Positions 1-15,758 of a stretch of DNA of 64,000 bases are shown one piece after another. The position numbers were made by a program, and so were the translations under genes. The number at the start of each line of letters is the position of its first letter. Position 1 is the stretch's first letter. Location: the NCBI GenBank assembly GCA_963755285.1, contig CAVWJB010000001.1, forward strand, positions 295,333-359,332, in the 5' to 3' direction. This DNA comes from an uncultured Chloroflexia bacterium. Lineage in GTDB: Bacteria; Chloroflexota; Limnocylindria; Limnocylindrales; CSP1-4. The notes below the pieces were generated by a model. The model made no database searches, had not been told where the DNA came from, and worked only from the letters and a program-made list of their open reading frames with translations.

Positions 1-22
1 CGAGCGTCAGCCATCAGGATCC

Positions 23-451
23 CTACCCGCGGCGCCGCGGGCCCTCGTGGTGGCGGCGCTCGGCGACCCGGATCCGCAGGAGGGCCTGCTGGAGCGAGGC
101 CCGGGCGGCGGCGAGGTCGGCCGGCTCGTGCAACCCGGCGGCGATCGCCTGCTCGGCCTGACGGCGAGCCTCCTGGGCCCGCTCGAGGTCGATGTCGGAG
201 GCCATGTCCGCGGTCTCGGCCATGACCACGACCCGGTCGGGACGGACCTGGAGGAACCCGCCGACGATCGCGAAGTGGTCCTCCACGCCGGCCTTGCGGA
301 TGCGGAGCTCGCCCAGCCCGAGCGTCGTGACGAGCGGCGCGTGGTGCGGCAGCACGCCGAGCTCGCCCTCGCTCCCGGGCAGGGTGACGGCATCGACATC
401 GTCCTCGTAGACGAGACGCTCGGGCGTGACGATCTCGAGCCGAATGGTCAT
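23..451 (-). CDS. atpC: F0F1 ATP synthase subunit epsilon
   Basis: 142-aa ORF with the epsilon-type N-terminal beta-sandwich motif LEIVTPE...LPGSEGELGVLPHHAPL. It is the last gene of the atp cluster and starts 2 nt after the atpD stop. Confidence 0.93.
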   Translation of the reverse strand: MTIRLEIVTPERLVYEDDVDAVTLPGSEGELGVLPHHAPLVTTLGLGELRIRKAGVEDHFAIVGGFLQVRPDRVVVMAETADMASDIDLERAQEARRQAEQAIAAGLHEPADLAAARASLQQALLRIRVAERRHHEGPRRRG

Positions 452-453
452 CG

Positions 454-2746
<2,293 letters not shown>

Positions 2747-2764
2747 GGGCCGCCCCGGGACCGA

Positions 2765-4300
<1,536 letters not shown>

Positions 4301-4309
4301 GAAGGTCTC

Positions 4310-4855
4310 CTAGAAGGCGCCCGAAACGAGCTGGCTGCGCAACCGCTCGAGGCGGCCGCGAACGCTTCCATCGATCAACCGGTCACCGACCCGGACGACG
4401 ATCCCGCCGAGCAGGCTCGGGTCGATCCCGACGGTCAGCTCGACCGTCCGGCCGGTCATCGCCTCGAGCCGGGCAGCCAGCGCCTTGACCTCGGCCGGAT
4501 CGAGCGGCGCGGCGCTCGTGGCAACGGCGTGGACGATCCCCCGGCGCTCGTCGTCGAGGCGCCTGAACTCCGCGGCGACGCGGTCCAGGTCCCCGATCCG
4601 CCCGCGCCGGACCATGAACAGGATGAGGTTGAGCGTCGATCCGCCGATCCGCGAGCCAAGGCCCTGCTGGATCGCCTGCTCGCGCAGCGCGGCCGGGATC
4701 GCCGGGTTGTGGACGGCCTCGGCGATCTCGGGGTCGCCGATCACGAGGGCGGCCTCGTCCAGGTCGCGCCGCCAGGCTTCGACGGTGCCGTCACGGACGG
4801 CGATCTCGAAGGCCGCCTCCGCGTAGCGCCGGGCGGCCGTCGTCGGACGGGCCAT
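4310..4855 (-). CDS. atpH: F0F1 ATP synthase subunit delta (OSCP)
   Basis: 181-aa ORF between atpF and atpA. It has a delta-like N-terminus (RRYAEAAFEIA) and C-terminus (IDGSVRGRLERL). Its start shares 1 nt with the atpF stop. Confidence 0.85.
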   Translation of the reverse strand: MARPTTAARRYAEAAFEIAVRDGTVEAWRRDLDEAALVIGDPEIAEAVHNPAIPAALREQAIQQGLGSRIGGSTLNLILFMVRRGRIGDLDRVAAEFRRLDDERRGIVHAVATSAAPLDPAEVKALAARLEAMTGRTVELTVGIDPSLLGGIVVRVGDRLIDGSVRGRLERLRSQLVSGAF

Positions 4856-5427
4856 CAGCCCCTCGACCCCTTCTCCGACGTCTCGCGGATGAACTCCTCG
4901 ACGAGTCGGCGCTGGCGCTGGTCGCTCATGGTCTCGCCGACGACTCGGCCGGCCGCGGCGAGGGCGAGGTCGGCGACCTCGGCCCGGAGCTCGGTCAGGG
5001 CACGCTGCTTCTCGGTGTCGATGTCGGCAGCCGCCCGAAGCCGCAGCCGCTCGAGCTCCTCGCGGGTCGCAGCGATGTCGGCATCCCGCGTCTCCTGGGC
5101 CACCTTCTGGGCTCGATCGAGGATCTCCTTGGCCTCGCGCCGGGCAGCCGCGATGGTCTCGGCGTGCTCGGCAGCCGACGCCTCGCGCTCGACTCGCGCC
5201 GCTTCCGCGTCCGCCAGGCCCTGTTCGACCCGCGCCCGCCGGTCGGACAGCATCTTGGCGATCGGCTTGCTGAAGAACGCCTGGAACAAGGCGAAGAACA
5301 GGATGAAGTTCGCCGCGGCGACGATGATCCAGAACAGGTTGATGGTCAGGCCGCCGGCCGCCGGTTCCGCGGCCGTCAGCCGGACAGCTTCCCCGCTGGC
5401 AGCGCCGGCGACCGCTAACAGACCCAC
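4855..5427 (-). CDS. atpF: F0F1 ATP synthase subunit b
   Basis: 190-aa ORF with a GTG start. It has one N-terminal TM helix (INLFWIIVAAANFILFFALF) followed by a long charged Ala/Arg/Glu coiled coil. Confidence 0.85.
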   Translation of the reverse strand: MGLLAVAGAASGEAVRLTAAEPAAGGLTINLFWIIVAAANFILFFALFQAFFSKPIAKMLSDRRARVEQGLADAEAARVEREASAAEHAETIAAARREAKEILDRAQKVAQETRDADIAATREELERLRLRAAADIDTEKQRALTELRAEVADLALAAAGRVVGETMSDQRQRRLVEEFIRETSEKGSRG

Positions 5428-5445
5428 GTGGAGCTCCTCATCCGC

Positions 5446-5667
5446 CTACGCGGCGGGCTTGATGAAGATCGCGAGCAGACCCACGACGATCGCGAGGACG
5501 CCGAGCCCCTCGGCGAACGCCGCGAGGATGATCGAGAGGCCGCGGATCTGACCGGCCGCGTCCGGGTTCCGGCCGATCGCGGTGGCCGCCAGCCCGGCCA
5601 GGATGCCGATGCCGATGCCTGGGCCGATGACGCCCATGGCCGCGAGACCAGCGCCGATGTTCTCCAT
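5446..5667 (-). CDS. atpE: F0F1 ATP synthase subunit c
   Basis: 73-aa two-helix hairpin with the Gly-rich helix GPGIGIGILAG and the proton-binding carboxylate in AFAEGLG. Confidence 0.92.
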   Translation of the reverse strand: MENIGAGLAAMGVIGPGIGIGILAGLAATAIGRNPDAAGQIRGLSIILAAFAEGLGVLAIVVGLLAIFIKPAA

Positions 5668-5739
5668 TGAGTTGCTCCTTCTACGCCCGGCCGGCGGCCG
5701 GGTTGATCTGGACCGACGGGTCGGCCGGCCGATACCGGC

Positions 5740-6789
5740 TCAGTGTGCAGGCGAGGCCGCCTGGCCCGGCTGCGGTTCCCTCAACGCCTCGAGGCCCTCA
5801 TCCACGAGCTCGCCCTCTTCATGCTCGTGACTCTCGATCGCCAGGAGCGTGAAGATCAGGGTGAGGACGCTGAAGATCAGCGCCTGGACGAAGTTCAGGA
5901 TGACCTCGAGACCGTACATCGCGACCGGCAGCACGACGAGGAACAGGGCACTGACGGCGGCCAGCGCGACCTCTCCACCGTAGATGTTGCCGAACAGCCG
6001 CATGGACAACGTGACCGGCTTGACGAACTCCAGCATGAGCTCGATCAGGCCGACGAACACCGCGATGATCCCCGCACCGATTCCCTTGCGGAACTCGTAG
6101 AGCGGGAAGAACTTGCTCAGGTACCCTCCGACGCCGTGACGCCGGAAGCCCTGGTACTCGAAGAAGACAAACGAGACCAGCGCGAGCCCGATCGTGATGT
6201 TGAGATCCGAGGTCGGGGCGCGGAGCTCCTCGAGCTTGCCGATCGGCGGGATGAGCCCGCTCCAGTTGCAGAAGAGGATGAGCACGAAGAACGCTGCAAA
6301 GAGGGGGATGTACGGCTTCGCCTGATCCCCGCCGAGGCCGACGCCGAAGTTCTCGAGCGACTCGTAGGCGAATTCGCTCAGGTTCTGGAGCCCGCGGGGT
6401 ACGAGCCGCATCCGCCGGGTGGCGATGATCGCCAGGACGATGAGGATGGCCATGATGAGCCACATCGTGAGGATCGTGGAGGTGATGCTCGGGTGGAAGG
6501 TGACGACCGCCGAGCCCTCCGGCATCGGGTTGCCCGGGTCGAGGTCGATGACGACGTGCGGCGGCGGGAACTCGAGCGTGCCGTTGATGTAGCAGACAGG
6601 AAAGGTGCAGGCGTCGCCCGGCTGCCCGCCGCGCGGGAACGGCGGCGCGAACAGGAGGGCGAGGATGTCGAGGGCGATGACCGCCACGACGACGAGGCCG
6701 AGGTTGCGCAGCGTTCGGCGGCGGCCAGCGGCGTCGCCGACGCTCGGCCCTTCGGTCCCGGCGGTCGCCGCGACCTGCTCGCTCGACAT
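5740..6789 (-). CDS. atpB: F0F1 ATP synthase subunit a
   Basis: Multi-TM protein with the essential-Arg motif SMRLFGNIYGGE. The ATG at 6789 follows the Shine-Dalgarno (SD) sequence GGAGGGAGC; the track start at 6804 is an upstream GTG. It has a longer N-terminal region than minimal a subunits. Confidence 0.88.
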   Translation of the reverse strand: MSSEQVAATAGTEGPSVGDAAGRRRTLRNLGLVVVAVIALDILALLFAPPFPRGGQPGDACTFPVCYINGTLEFPPPHVVIDLDPGNPMPEGSAVVTFHPSITSTILTMWLIMAILIVLAIIATRRMRLVPRGLQNLSEFAYESLENFGVGLGGDQAKPYIPLFAAFFVLILFCNWSGLIPPIGKLEELRAPTSDLNITIGLALVSFVFFEYQGFRRHGVGGYLSKFFPLYEFRKGIGAGIIAVFVGLIELMLEFVKPVTLSMRLFGNIYGGEVALAAVSALFLVVLPVAMYGLEVILNFVQALIFSVLTLIFTLLAIESHEHEEGELVDEGLEALREPQPGQAASPAH

Positions 6790-6806
6790 GCTCCCTCCAC
6801 ACACAG

Positions 6807-6830
6807 GAGCGCGGCAGGCCTGCCGCGCTC
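6807..6830 (-). other. Perfect 24-nt palindrome (hairpin) between the atpI-like gene and atpB
   Basis: GAGCGCGGCAGG/CCTGCCGCGCTC are exact reverse complements. On the mRNA strand the hairpin ends 17 nt before the atpB ATG. Confidence 0.5.
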
Positions 6831-6859
6831 TCGCCGCTCCCGATCGGGCGGTTCGCCCG

Positions 6860-7117
6860 TCAGTCTTCGAACCTGGCCAGGAACCGGGTGATCAGTCGGT
6901 AGATCCCGACGGTGCCGATCGCGGCGCCGCCCAGGAAGCCGATGACCACGAACACGACGACGGTCCCCAGTTGCTCGTCGACCCAGTGCCCGGCAAGTGC
7001 ACCAACCAGCGTGGTGACCAGCAGAAGAATGCCGATCTCAGAGAACAGGGCGAAATAGGCTCCGGCCTGACCCGACAAAGCCCCCGGATGATAGCAGCGA
7101 CCCCCGAACCCGGGCAA
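6860..7117 (-). CDS. AtpZ/AtpI-type small membrane protein (ATPase_gene1-like)
   Basis: 85-aa ORF (TTG start, true start uncertain) with two TM helices and the motif GHWVDEQLGT, resembling the GxWLDxxxGT motif of AtpZ proteins. It is the first gene of the atp cluster. Confidence 0.6.
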   Translation of the reverse strand: MPGFGGRCYHPGALSGQAGAYFALFSEIGILLLVTTLVGALAGHWVDEQLGTVVVFVVIGFLGGAAIGTVGIYRLITRFLARFED

Positions 7118-7174
7118 ACCCGGTTGCGGCCAGGTTGCGCGCAGGGGGCCACGGGTCGGCCGACGGCGGTGAGG

Positions 7175-10100
7175 CTACCTGGCGAGGACGAACGCGTCGA
7201 GATCGATCCGTCGGTGGCCGGGAGTACCCAGCACGACGATCTGGATCGAGTGGACGCTCGACGTCGGCCAGGCTGCGCTGAACACGACCTGCCGATGCTT
7301 GGTCGCCCCGTGGAGATTGACGGTTCCGGCAGGGCTCCCGTCGATGAGCACCTGGGCACTCCCCCGGGACGAGCTCCGCGAGCTGACCCAGGCGATCCCT
7401 GCACCGCTGAACGTGAACGTCGCGCTCGCGCCGGTGCCGGTCGCGTAGCGGTCCTTGCCGCCCGAGAACGCCGGCGATCGCGACGTGCGCCAGGCCCCGG
7501 TGTACACGATCGCAGCCGACGATTCCTGGGTCCGACCAAGCACGAACGGAGCGCTCAACGTCCAGGCGCTGACGTTGCCGACAACGTCGGTCGCCCGCAG
7601 CCGGTACTGGTAGCGCTTGCCGAATGTGAACGAGCGCAGTGCGCTCTTGGCCTTGGGCGTCGACAGGGTCACGGTCTTCCACGGCCCGGCCCCGATCTTC
7701 TCCTGAAGCCGCTCCGACTTGAGACCGGTCCAGATGTCACTGGCGGTCCACCGGAGTCGAACGCGGCCGGTCTTGGCGGCCATGGTGGCTGGCCTGACGA
7801 TCGTCACGACCGGCGACGTGACGACCGGCTTGATCGCGTCGGGTGTGACGACGACGAGGACGATCGCGGTGTTCGATCGGTTCTGGTTGTCGGTGATCGT
7901 GTAGCGGAAGCTGTCACTGCCGCTCGTGAGTCCGGTCGGATCGTAGGTCAGCCCGGTGCCACCGCCTGTGATCGCGATCTTGCCCTTGGCCCCCTGCGTG
8001 ATCGCGGTGATGAGCAGCGGCCCGCCCTGCTTGTCCACATCGTTCGCGAGGACCGGGATCGCGGTCGGGCCGCTCCCCTGGTTGATGGCCGGGAAGTCGG
8101 TCGGGGAGATGTCGTTGCGAGCGATCGGGTCCGCCTGCACCTGGATGGTCATCGTCGCGACGTTCGAGTCGACGGTGCCGTCGTTCGCCTTGAAGGTGAA
8201 CGAGTCGTTGCCGAGGTAGTCGGCGTTCGGCGAGTAGGTGAACGAGCCGTCGGGGTTGACGACGGTGGTCCCGTGGGTGGACTGCGCAACCAGGGCGTAG
8301 CTGAGGCTGTTCCCGTCGATGTCGCCACAGGTGGCGATCGTGTCGGTCAAGGTCGCGTTCACGAACGTGGCATCGTTGCCCGTGATGCAGGTCGGGGCGT
8401 CGTTCGCGCCGAGGACCGTGATCGTGAATGCCTGACTCGCGCTCGAGTCGATGCCGCCGCTCAGGATGCCGCCGTTGTCGTGGGTGTGGACGCTGATCGT
8501 CGCCGACCCATTGGCGTCCGGAGCGAGGGTGTACGTCAGGTCGCCGCTCGCGGAGACGGCGGGCGGAACGGCGAAGAGCGCCGGGTTCGTGTTCGAATCG
8601 ACGACGAAGTCGACGACCTGCGAGGCCTCGTCGGGCGGCCCATCGAGCATGGCCGTGGCCCAGGCCGGAATCGTGTGCAGGCCGCTGTCCTCGAGCGCCG
8701 TCTGGTCCGGGCCCCTGGCGAAGCTCGGCGGATCGTTGACCGGGACCATGGTGACCGTGAAGCTCTGGGTCAGGCTCGTGTCGTCTCCGCCGTTGGCCGT
8801 GCCGCCGTTGTCATGCAGGAAGACCGAGATCGTGGAGGTTCCCACGGCATTGGCCGCCGGCGTGAACGTCAAAGTCCCGGTCGGGCTGATCGCCGGACCG
8901 GACGAGAAGAGGTCGGGGATGCCGGCATCGAGAACGAAATTGACGACCTGACTCGCCTCGTCCGGAGGGCCGGGGCTGATCGCGGCTGGCCCAACCGGTG
9001 ATCGACTGGGCTCCTGCGTCCTCGAGAACGGTCTGGTTGATGCCCTTTGTGAACGACGGCGGGTCGTTGACGCCGGTTACCGAGACGGTGAACGTCTGTG
9101 GCGGGCTGGTGTCGATGCCACCGTTCGCCGTCCCTCCATTGTCCTGGACGGTGAGTGTCATGGTCGCCGAGCCCACGGCATCGGGTGCGGCGGTGAACGT
9201 CAGCGTTCCGCTCGGACTGACCGACGGCTGACCGGAGAAGAGGGCGCTGTTCGTGTTGCTCGTCACGTGGTACGTGACGGTCTGGCTCGCCTCGTTCGTG
9301 GGCCCCTCCAGGGCGACCGCCCAGCCGGGGATCGATTGAGCCGGCGCGTTCTCCAGGACGACGGGATTGGGACCCTTCGTGAAGCTCGGGGCGTCGTTGA
9401 CCGCCGTGAGCGTGATCTTGAACGACTGCGGCGGGCTGTCGGCACTGCCTCCGCCGCTGTCGTGGGCGTGGAGAGTGACGGTGGATACCCCGTTTGCGTC
9501 GGCCGCGGGCGTGTACGTCAGGGTCCCATTCGGGGCGACCGCCGGACCCGACGAGAAGAGGTCCGGGCTGCCACCGTCAACCACGAAGGTGACCGACTGG
9601 CCCATCTCGTCGGGTGGTCCCGGACTGATGTTGGTCGCCCAGCCGCTGACCGACTGTGGTCCCGCGTCCTCGAGGTCGATCTGATCGGGGCCTCTCGTGA
9701 ATGATGGCGGGTCGTTCACGCCGGTGACGGTGATCGTGAACGTCAGGGTCGGACTCGTGTCATGGCCACCGTTGGCGGTGCCACCGTTGTCCACCGCCTT
9801 GACGCTCACCGTCGCGGTACCGTTCTCGCTCGGTGCGGGGGTGAACGTCAGCGTCCCGGCCGCGCTGATGGCGGGATCGACCGAGAACAGACCGCTGTTG
9901 TTGGTGGTCACCGCGAAGGAAACCGTCTGGCCGGCCTCGTCGGCCGGACCCTTGCTGATCGCGGACGCCCAACCGGATACCGACTTCGGCCCGCTGTTCT
10001 CGAGGACGGCCTGGTCCGGGCCCTTCGTGAAGCTCGGCGCATCGTTGACCGGGGTGAGCGTGATCGTGAACGACTGGGTCGGGCTGTCGTCGGTCGCCCC

Positions 10101-12392
10101 ACCCCCGTTGTCATGGGCGTGGAGCACGATCGTTGCCGACCCGTTCGCGTTGGCTGCCGGGGTGTAGGACAGGGTCCCATTCGAGCCGACCGCCGGGCCG
10201 GCCGCGAACAACGCGGAGTTGGTGTTGCTGTCGATGAGGAACGTGACCGTCTGGCCGCTCTCGTCTGGTGGGCCAGGGCTGACGGCAGTGACCCAGTTCG
10301 GTACGGACTGAGGTCCAGCGTCTTCGAGGTCGACCTGATCGGCGCCCTTCGTGAATGACGGCGGGTCGTTCACGCCGTTGACGGTGATCGAGAAGGTCTC
10401 GTCGTCGCCGTCGGGGCCCCGGGGTCCCTCCGTTGTCGTGGATGTGGAGGGTCACGGTCGAGGTTCCGCTCTTGCTGGCGGCCGGGGTGAACGTCAGGAC
10501 TCCGGACGAGCTGACGGCGGGCAGGGTCGAGAAGAGAGTCTGGTTCGCGATCGCGGTGACGACGAACGAGACGGTCTGGGACGATTCATCGGCCGGACCG
10601 GGGTCGATGGCCCCCACCCAGTCGTTGACCGTCTGCGGGCCCGCGTTCTCCGACACCGCCTGATCCGGACCGGGCACAAAGCTCGGTTGGTCGTTGACCG
10701 CCTCCACGGTGATCTCGAACTGTTGATCGGGCTGTCATCCGAACCGCCACCGGTGTCGTGGGCGTGAACGGTGACGGTCGCGGTGCCGTTCGCATTCGCC
10801 GCGGAGCGAAAGGTCAGGTTTCCTCCGCTAATGATCGCCGGCTGGGTCGCGAACAAGCCCGGATCGTCGTTGCTCACCACGAACGAGACAGTCTGGGCGG
10901 ACTCGTTCGAGGGTCCCTCGCTGATGCCCGTCGCCCAGTTGTTGACGGTGTGGCTGCCAGAGTCCTCGAGAACGTTCTGGTCCGGACCCTGCTGAACGCC
11001 GGCGGGTCGTTGACTGCATTGACCGTCACGCTCATCGCGGCCGGATCGACGTGCCGTCCTCGTCCGTGGCCGAGAAGGAGAACTCGTCGTCGCCGTTGAA
11101 GTCGGGATCGGGGGTGTAGGTGAACGACCCGTCCGGGTCGACGATCGCGACGCCGTCGCCGGTCGGCTCTCGCGATGAACGTCATCGGATCGGTATCCGA
11201 GCAGACGAGCTGGCCGGACACCGAGGCGTCCTCGTTGACGACCAGCGAGGTGTCGTCGCACGTTGGCGGTAGGTTGTCGGAGGCTCGCGCTGTCGCGGGG
11301 ACGAGAGCTCGGCCACGAGAGCCGCGGCGAAGCCCTGCGCGCCAGCTACGGCCCATCGCACGACGATCGGACGTCTGAGGCAGGTCCGCCCGGCCCGTCG
11401 ACGTGAGGTCGACTGCATAGGTCCCGCGAAGGTCGAAGGTGTGCGTCACGATCAACGACCCGTCGGCGGGGACCGACCTGTCCCCGACCCGTCGGAAGTA
11501 CGAGTCGTAGCCCGTCGCGTTCGCGTCGTAGCTGGAACGGCACGGTGTCGCCGACTACGGGCCGCAAGGGGTCGGCGACGAGCGGACTGGTGATCTGCGC
11601 GGCGGGCTGGGGGTCGGCGTCGGAGGCTTCTTCGTCGGCCTCGGGGTCGGCCGCGGGGTGGCCGTCGGAGCCTGCGTCGCGCGGCGGTGGCTGGGCGGCC
11701 GGCCTGTCGGTCGGCTTTGCCGGGGGAGCGGGCGTCGGGGTGGGCACGAACGAAACCGGCGCCGGGGTCGGGGTTGCCGTGGGGTCGCCGGGTGCCGGCG
11801 AGGCAGCCGAGAGGGGCGACGGGCTCACCGGAAGCGGCGTGACGACGACCACGCGCAGCGTCGCCCGGGGCGTGGCGGTCGCCTCCTCGACCTCGCCCTG
11901 CCGGGTGACCGGCATGAGGTTTGCGAAGACGACCACGAAGCCACCCATGACCAGCGCCGCGCCGACCGTGTCGCGGACGAGGCGGAGGCGCGACGGCCGA
12001 TCCTGGCGTGGAGGCGGGATCGGCTGCACCGGTTGGGTCGCCGGCTGGAGGGGCATCCGCGCGCCCGACACGACGATCCGGCCCGGTTGGAGGTGAACGG
12101 GCCCGGGCGGCACGTCGCCGAGCCGACTCGAGTCGTCGTTGGCGGTCAGGATGGGTTCGGGCGCCGCTCGCCGGGTCCGCAGGCGGCGCAACGTGACGAT
12201 CGAGACGAGGCCGCCGATCGCGCGACGAACGAACCTGACGATCCGGAACCTGGACGGAGGCCGGTTACCGAAGCCTCGCCAGCGCCAGGTTTCCACCGCC
12301 TCGTACGCGATCAGGAGGGCGACGATGGCGATGGCGATGCCAAGGATGAGCTGATCGGTCATGGGTCCCCGAACGACCGGCCGAAGGGGCAC
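7175..12392 (-). pseudogene. Giant membrane-anchored repeat adhesin (tandem-95 / cadherin-like). The reading frame is broken at least 7 times, which means either a pseudogene or assembly indels.
   Basis: Six overlapping minus-strand ORFs each continue the same protein in a different frame: 11346..12392, 10874..11455, 10494..11261, 10111..10707, 8811..10373 and 7175..8872. In order, the protein has TM helices, a Pro/Thr linker, a PKD-like segment (SYDANATGYDSYF...THTFDLRGTYAVDLT), eight VND(P/A)PSF...HDNGG repeats, two cadherin-like domains, an Fn3-like domain and a C-terminal beta-sandwich. The frame switches lie near 11535, 11170, 11042, 10995, 10722, 10415 and 8985. Confidence 0.7.
8407..11014 (-). 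repeat. Eight tandem coding repeats of about 106-110 aa (318-330 bp) within the adhesin
   Basis: Repeat units start at about 11014, 10698, 10373, 10049, 9719, 9401, 9071 and 8740. Each runs VND(P/A/Q)PSF-x-GPDQ...LED(A/S)G...GW(A/V)...GP(P/A)DE.GQ.V.F...LF...G.LT(F/Y)TPA..ANG.AT...HDNGG. Confidence 0.85.
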
Positions 12393-12478
12393 ACCGGCGG
12401 TCTCGGGTCGATGCTAGCACCGGCTCGTCATTGGGGGTACCAATGGGGTAGTACCTCCGTTGACCGGCCGCAACGAAG

Positions 12479-13647
12479 CTAGTCCCGGGGTTCCTCGACG
12501 CGATCGGGCAGGCGCCCGTCGGATGCAGGCGACTGCGCCTCGTATGTGTCGGCTTCGAGGTCCTCCTGAACGGTATCGCGGCCGGTCAGCAGGAACAGGA
12601 CGACCCCCGACGCGACGACGACGCCGAGAAACGCGTACAGCTGGCCCGACGCCGACAGGATGAAGGTCAGCGCCGCGAGCCCAGCCGTGATCGCGTAGAT
12701 CAGCAGCACGGTCTGGGTGTGGCCGAGGCCAAGGTCGAGCAGCCGGTGATGAACGTGGCCCCGATCCGGGGTGAACGGCGAGCGCCGGTTGGCGAGCCGT
12801 CGGACGATGATCCAGAACGTGTCGATGATCGGCACCCCGAGGACGAGCAGCGCCACCGCGACCTTGGCCGTGCCCAGGATCGACAGGACGGCGAGCGTGT
12901 AGCCGATGAACATCACCCCGCTCGTGCCGAGGAAGATCGTGGCCGGGTGGAAGTTCCAGCGCAGGAAGCCGAGCAGCGCCCCGGCCAGGACGAAGCACAG
13001 GACGGCGATGAACGGCTGGCCGAGCGGCCCGACGGCGCCGGTCAGACTGATCAGGCCGAGCGTGACGGCGGCGATCAGCGAGATGCCCGTCGATAGCCCG
13101 TCGAGGCCGTCGATGAAGTTGATGCTGTTGATCATCCCGACGATCCAGACGATCGTGAACGCCCAGGCGACCACGTCGCGCAGGACGATCGTCCCCGGCC
13201 CGATCGGGTTGGCGATCGTGTCGATCTGGACGCCGAGGGCGACCGCCAGGACGGCGACGCCGAGCTGGCCGATGAGCTGCCAGCGAGCTCGGATCTGCAG
13301 GACGTCGTCGAGGAATCCGATCGCCGCCGCGACGAGGCCGCCGACGAGCAGCGCCCCGAGCTCCGTCGGCAGGACGGTCGGCGGGATCACCACGCCGGCG
13401 ATGACCTGGCGGTCGGCCATCACCACGACGACGATCGCCACGGCCAGGAACGCGGCGACGACCGCCAGCCCGCCGCCGCGCGGGATCGGCCGAAGGTTGA
13501 CCCGCCTGGGATCGGGCCGGTCGACGAGTCCGAAGGCCCGTGAGAAGCGACGGACGGACGGGGTCAGGACGAGCGCGATCAGGGCGGCGACCGCGAACGC
13601 CACGACGAGCGTCGGGACGAGCGCCCCGACGCCCGGGATGAAGCTCA

Positions 13648-13648
<1 letters not shown>
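12479..13648 (-). CDS. wecA: Polyprenyl-phosphate GlcNAc-1-phosphate transferase (MraY/WecA family, GT4)
   Basis: The true start is the ATG at 13648 (MSFIPGVG). The protein has about 11 TM helices and the motifs FLDDVLQI, NSINFIDGLDGL and HVHHRLL. The longer track ORF 12479..15037 is an out-of-frame extension over glyA. The start overlaps the glyA stop (ATGA). Confidence 0.85.
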
Positions 13649-14976
<1,328 letters not shown>

Positions 14977-15100
14977 CGGCGGTCCCTCGGTCTTCGGCGT
15001 TGGGGGATCGGCCCGGATCGAGGGCGACCCGTTCCATGGTCCCACAACGACCGGGTCGGCCGCGGGATCGGCGCCGAACGGCGAGCCGACGACGCCGGCG

Positions 15101-15758
15101 TCAGTCGCGCAGTCGGTGCTCGATCTCGGCGTCATCGAGGACGGCCGCCAGCACCTCCGTGGGGATCGCGCCGCGGGCGAAGGATCCGGGCCGGCCCGCC
15201 GGTACAGTCGACGACCGTCGAGGCGACACCTCCGGGCACCCGCCCACCGTCGAGCACGAGGTCGAGCTCCGGGGATCCCCCGAGCCCGGCGAGGACCTCG
15301 GCCGCATCGGTCGCCGGCGGTTCGCCGGACCGGTTGGCGGACGTCACCGGCAGCGGACCCAGGGCAAGGGCGATCGCCTGCGGCGCGTCGTGGGCGGGCA
15401 GCCGCAGCCCGATCGTGGCCGCACCACCGGTCAGCTCCACGGGGAGCGCCGCATCCGGCCGCTGAGGCACGACCAGGGTCAGGCCGCCCGGCCAGAAGGC
15501 GGCCGCCAGCACGTGAGCTGCTGGATCGAGCACCCCGACGGTCTCGGCCTGACGGTGATCGGCCAGGAGCAGCACGATCGCCCGGTCCAGTGGCCGGTCC
15601 TTGGCCGCGAACAGCCGGCCGAGGCCGTCGTCGGCATCGAGGGCGACGGCGAGCCCGTAGACGGTGTCGGTCGGCAGCGCCACGAGCCGGCCGCGGCGCA
15701 GGGCCTCGATGGCCTCGACCCGGCCGGCGTCGTCGTCGGGGAGGACTCTCGCGGTCAC
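15101..15758 (-). CDS. tsaC: L-threonylcarbamoyladenylate synthase (YrdC/Sua5 domain), with an apparent frameshift near the C-terminus
   Basis: GTG start. Motifs: LPTDTVYGLA, KDRPLDRAIVLL, SANRSGEP and STVVDCTG. After ARILRP the conserved tail GAIPTEVLAAVL...* continues in another frame (ORF 15101..15307). The junction is at about 15172-15177. Confidence 0.8.

Noticed and set aside
5421-5432. CCCACGTGGAG palindrome between atpF and atpE, and TTCACGTG at about 14670, considered as extra parS sites
   Set aside because: Only the central CACGTG matches. The flanking TGTT/AACA arms are absent.
14977-15100. Possible ZTP/THF-type riboswitch in the tsaC-glyA spacer
   Set aside because: I could not find the conserved ZTP core elements in the correct arrangement. 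The only CCGCCTGGGC-like string lies inside the glyA coding sequence.
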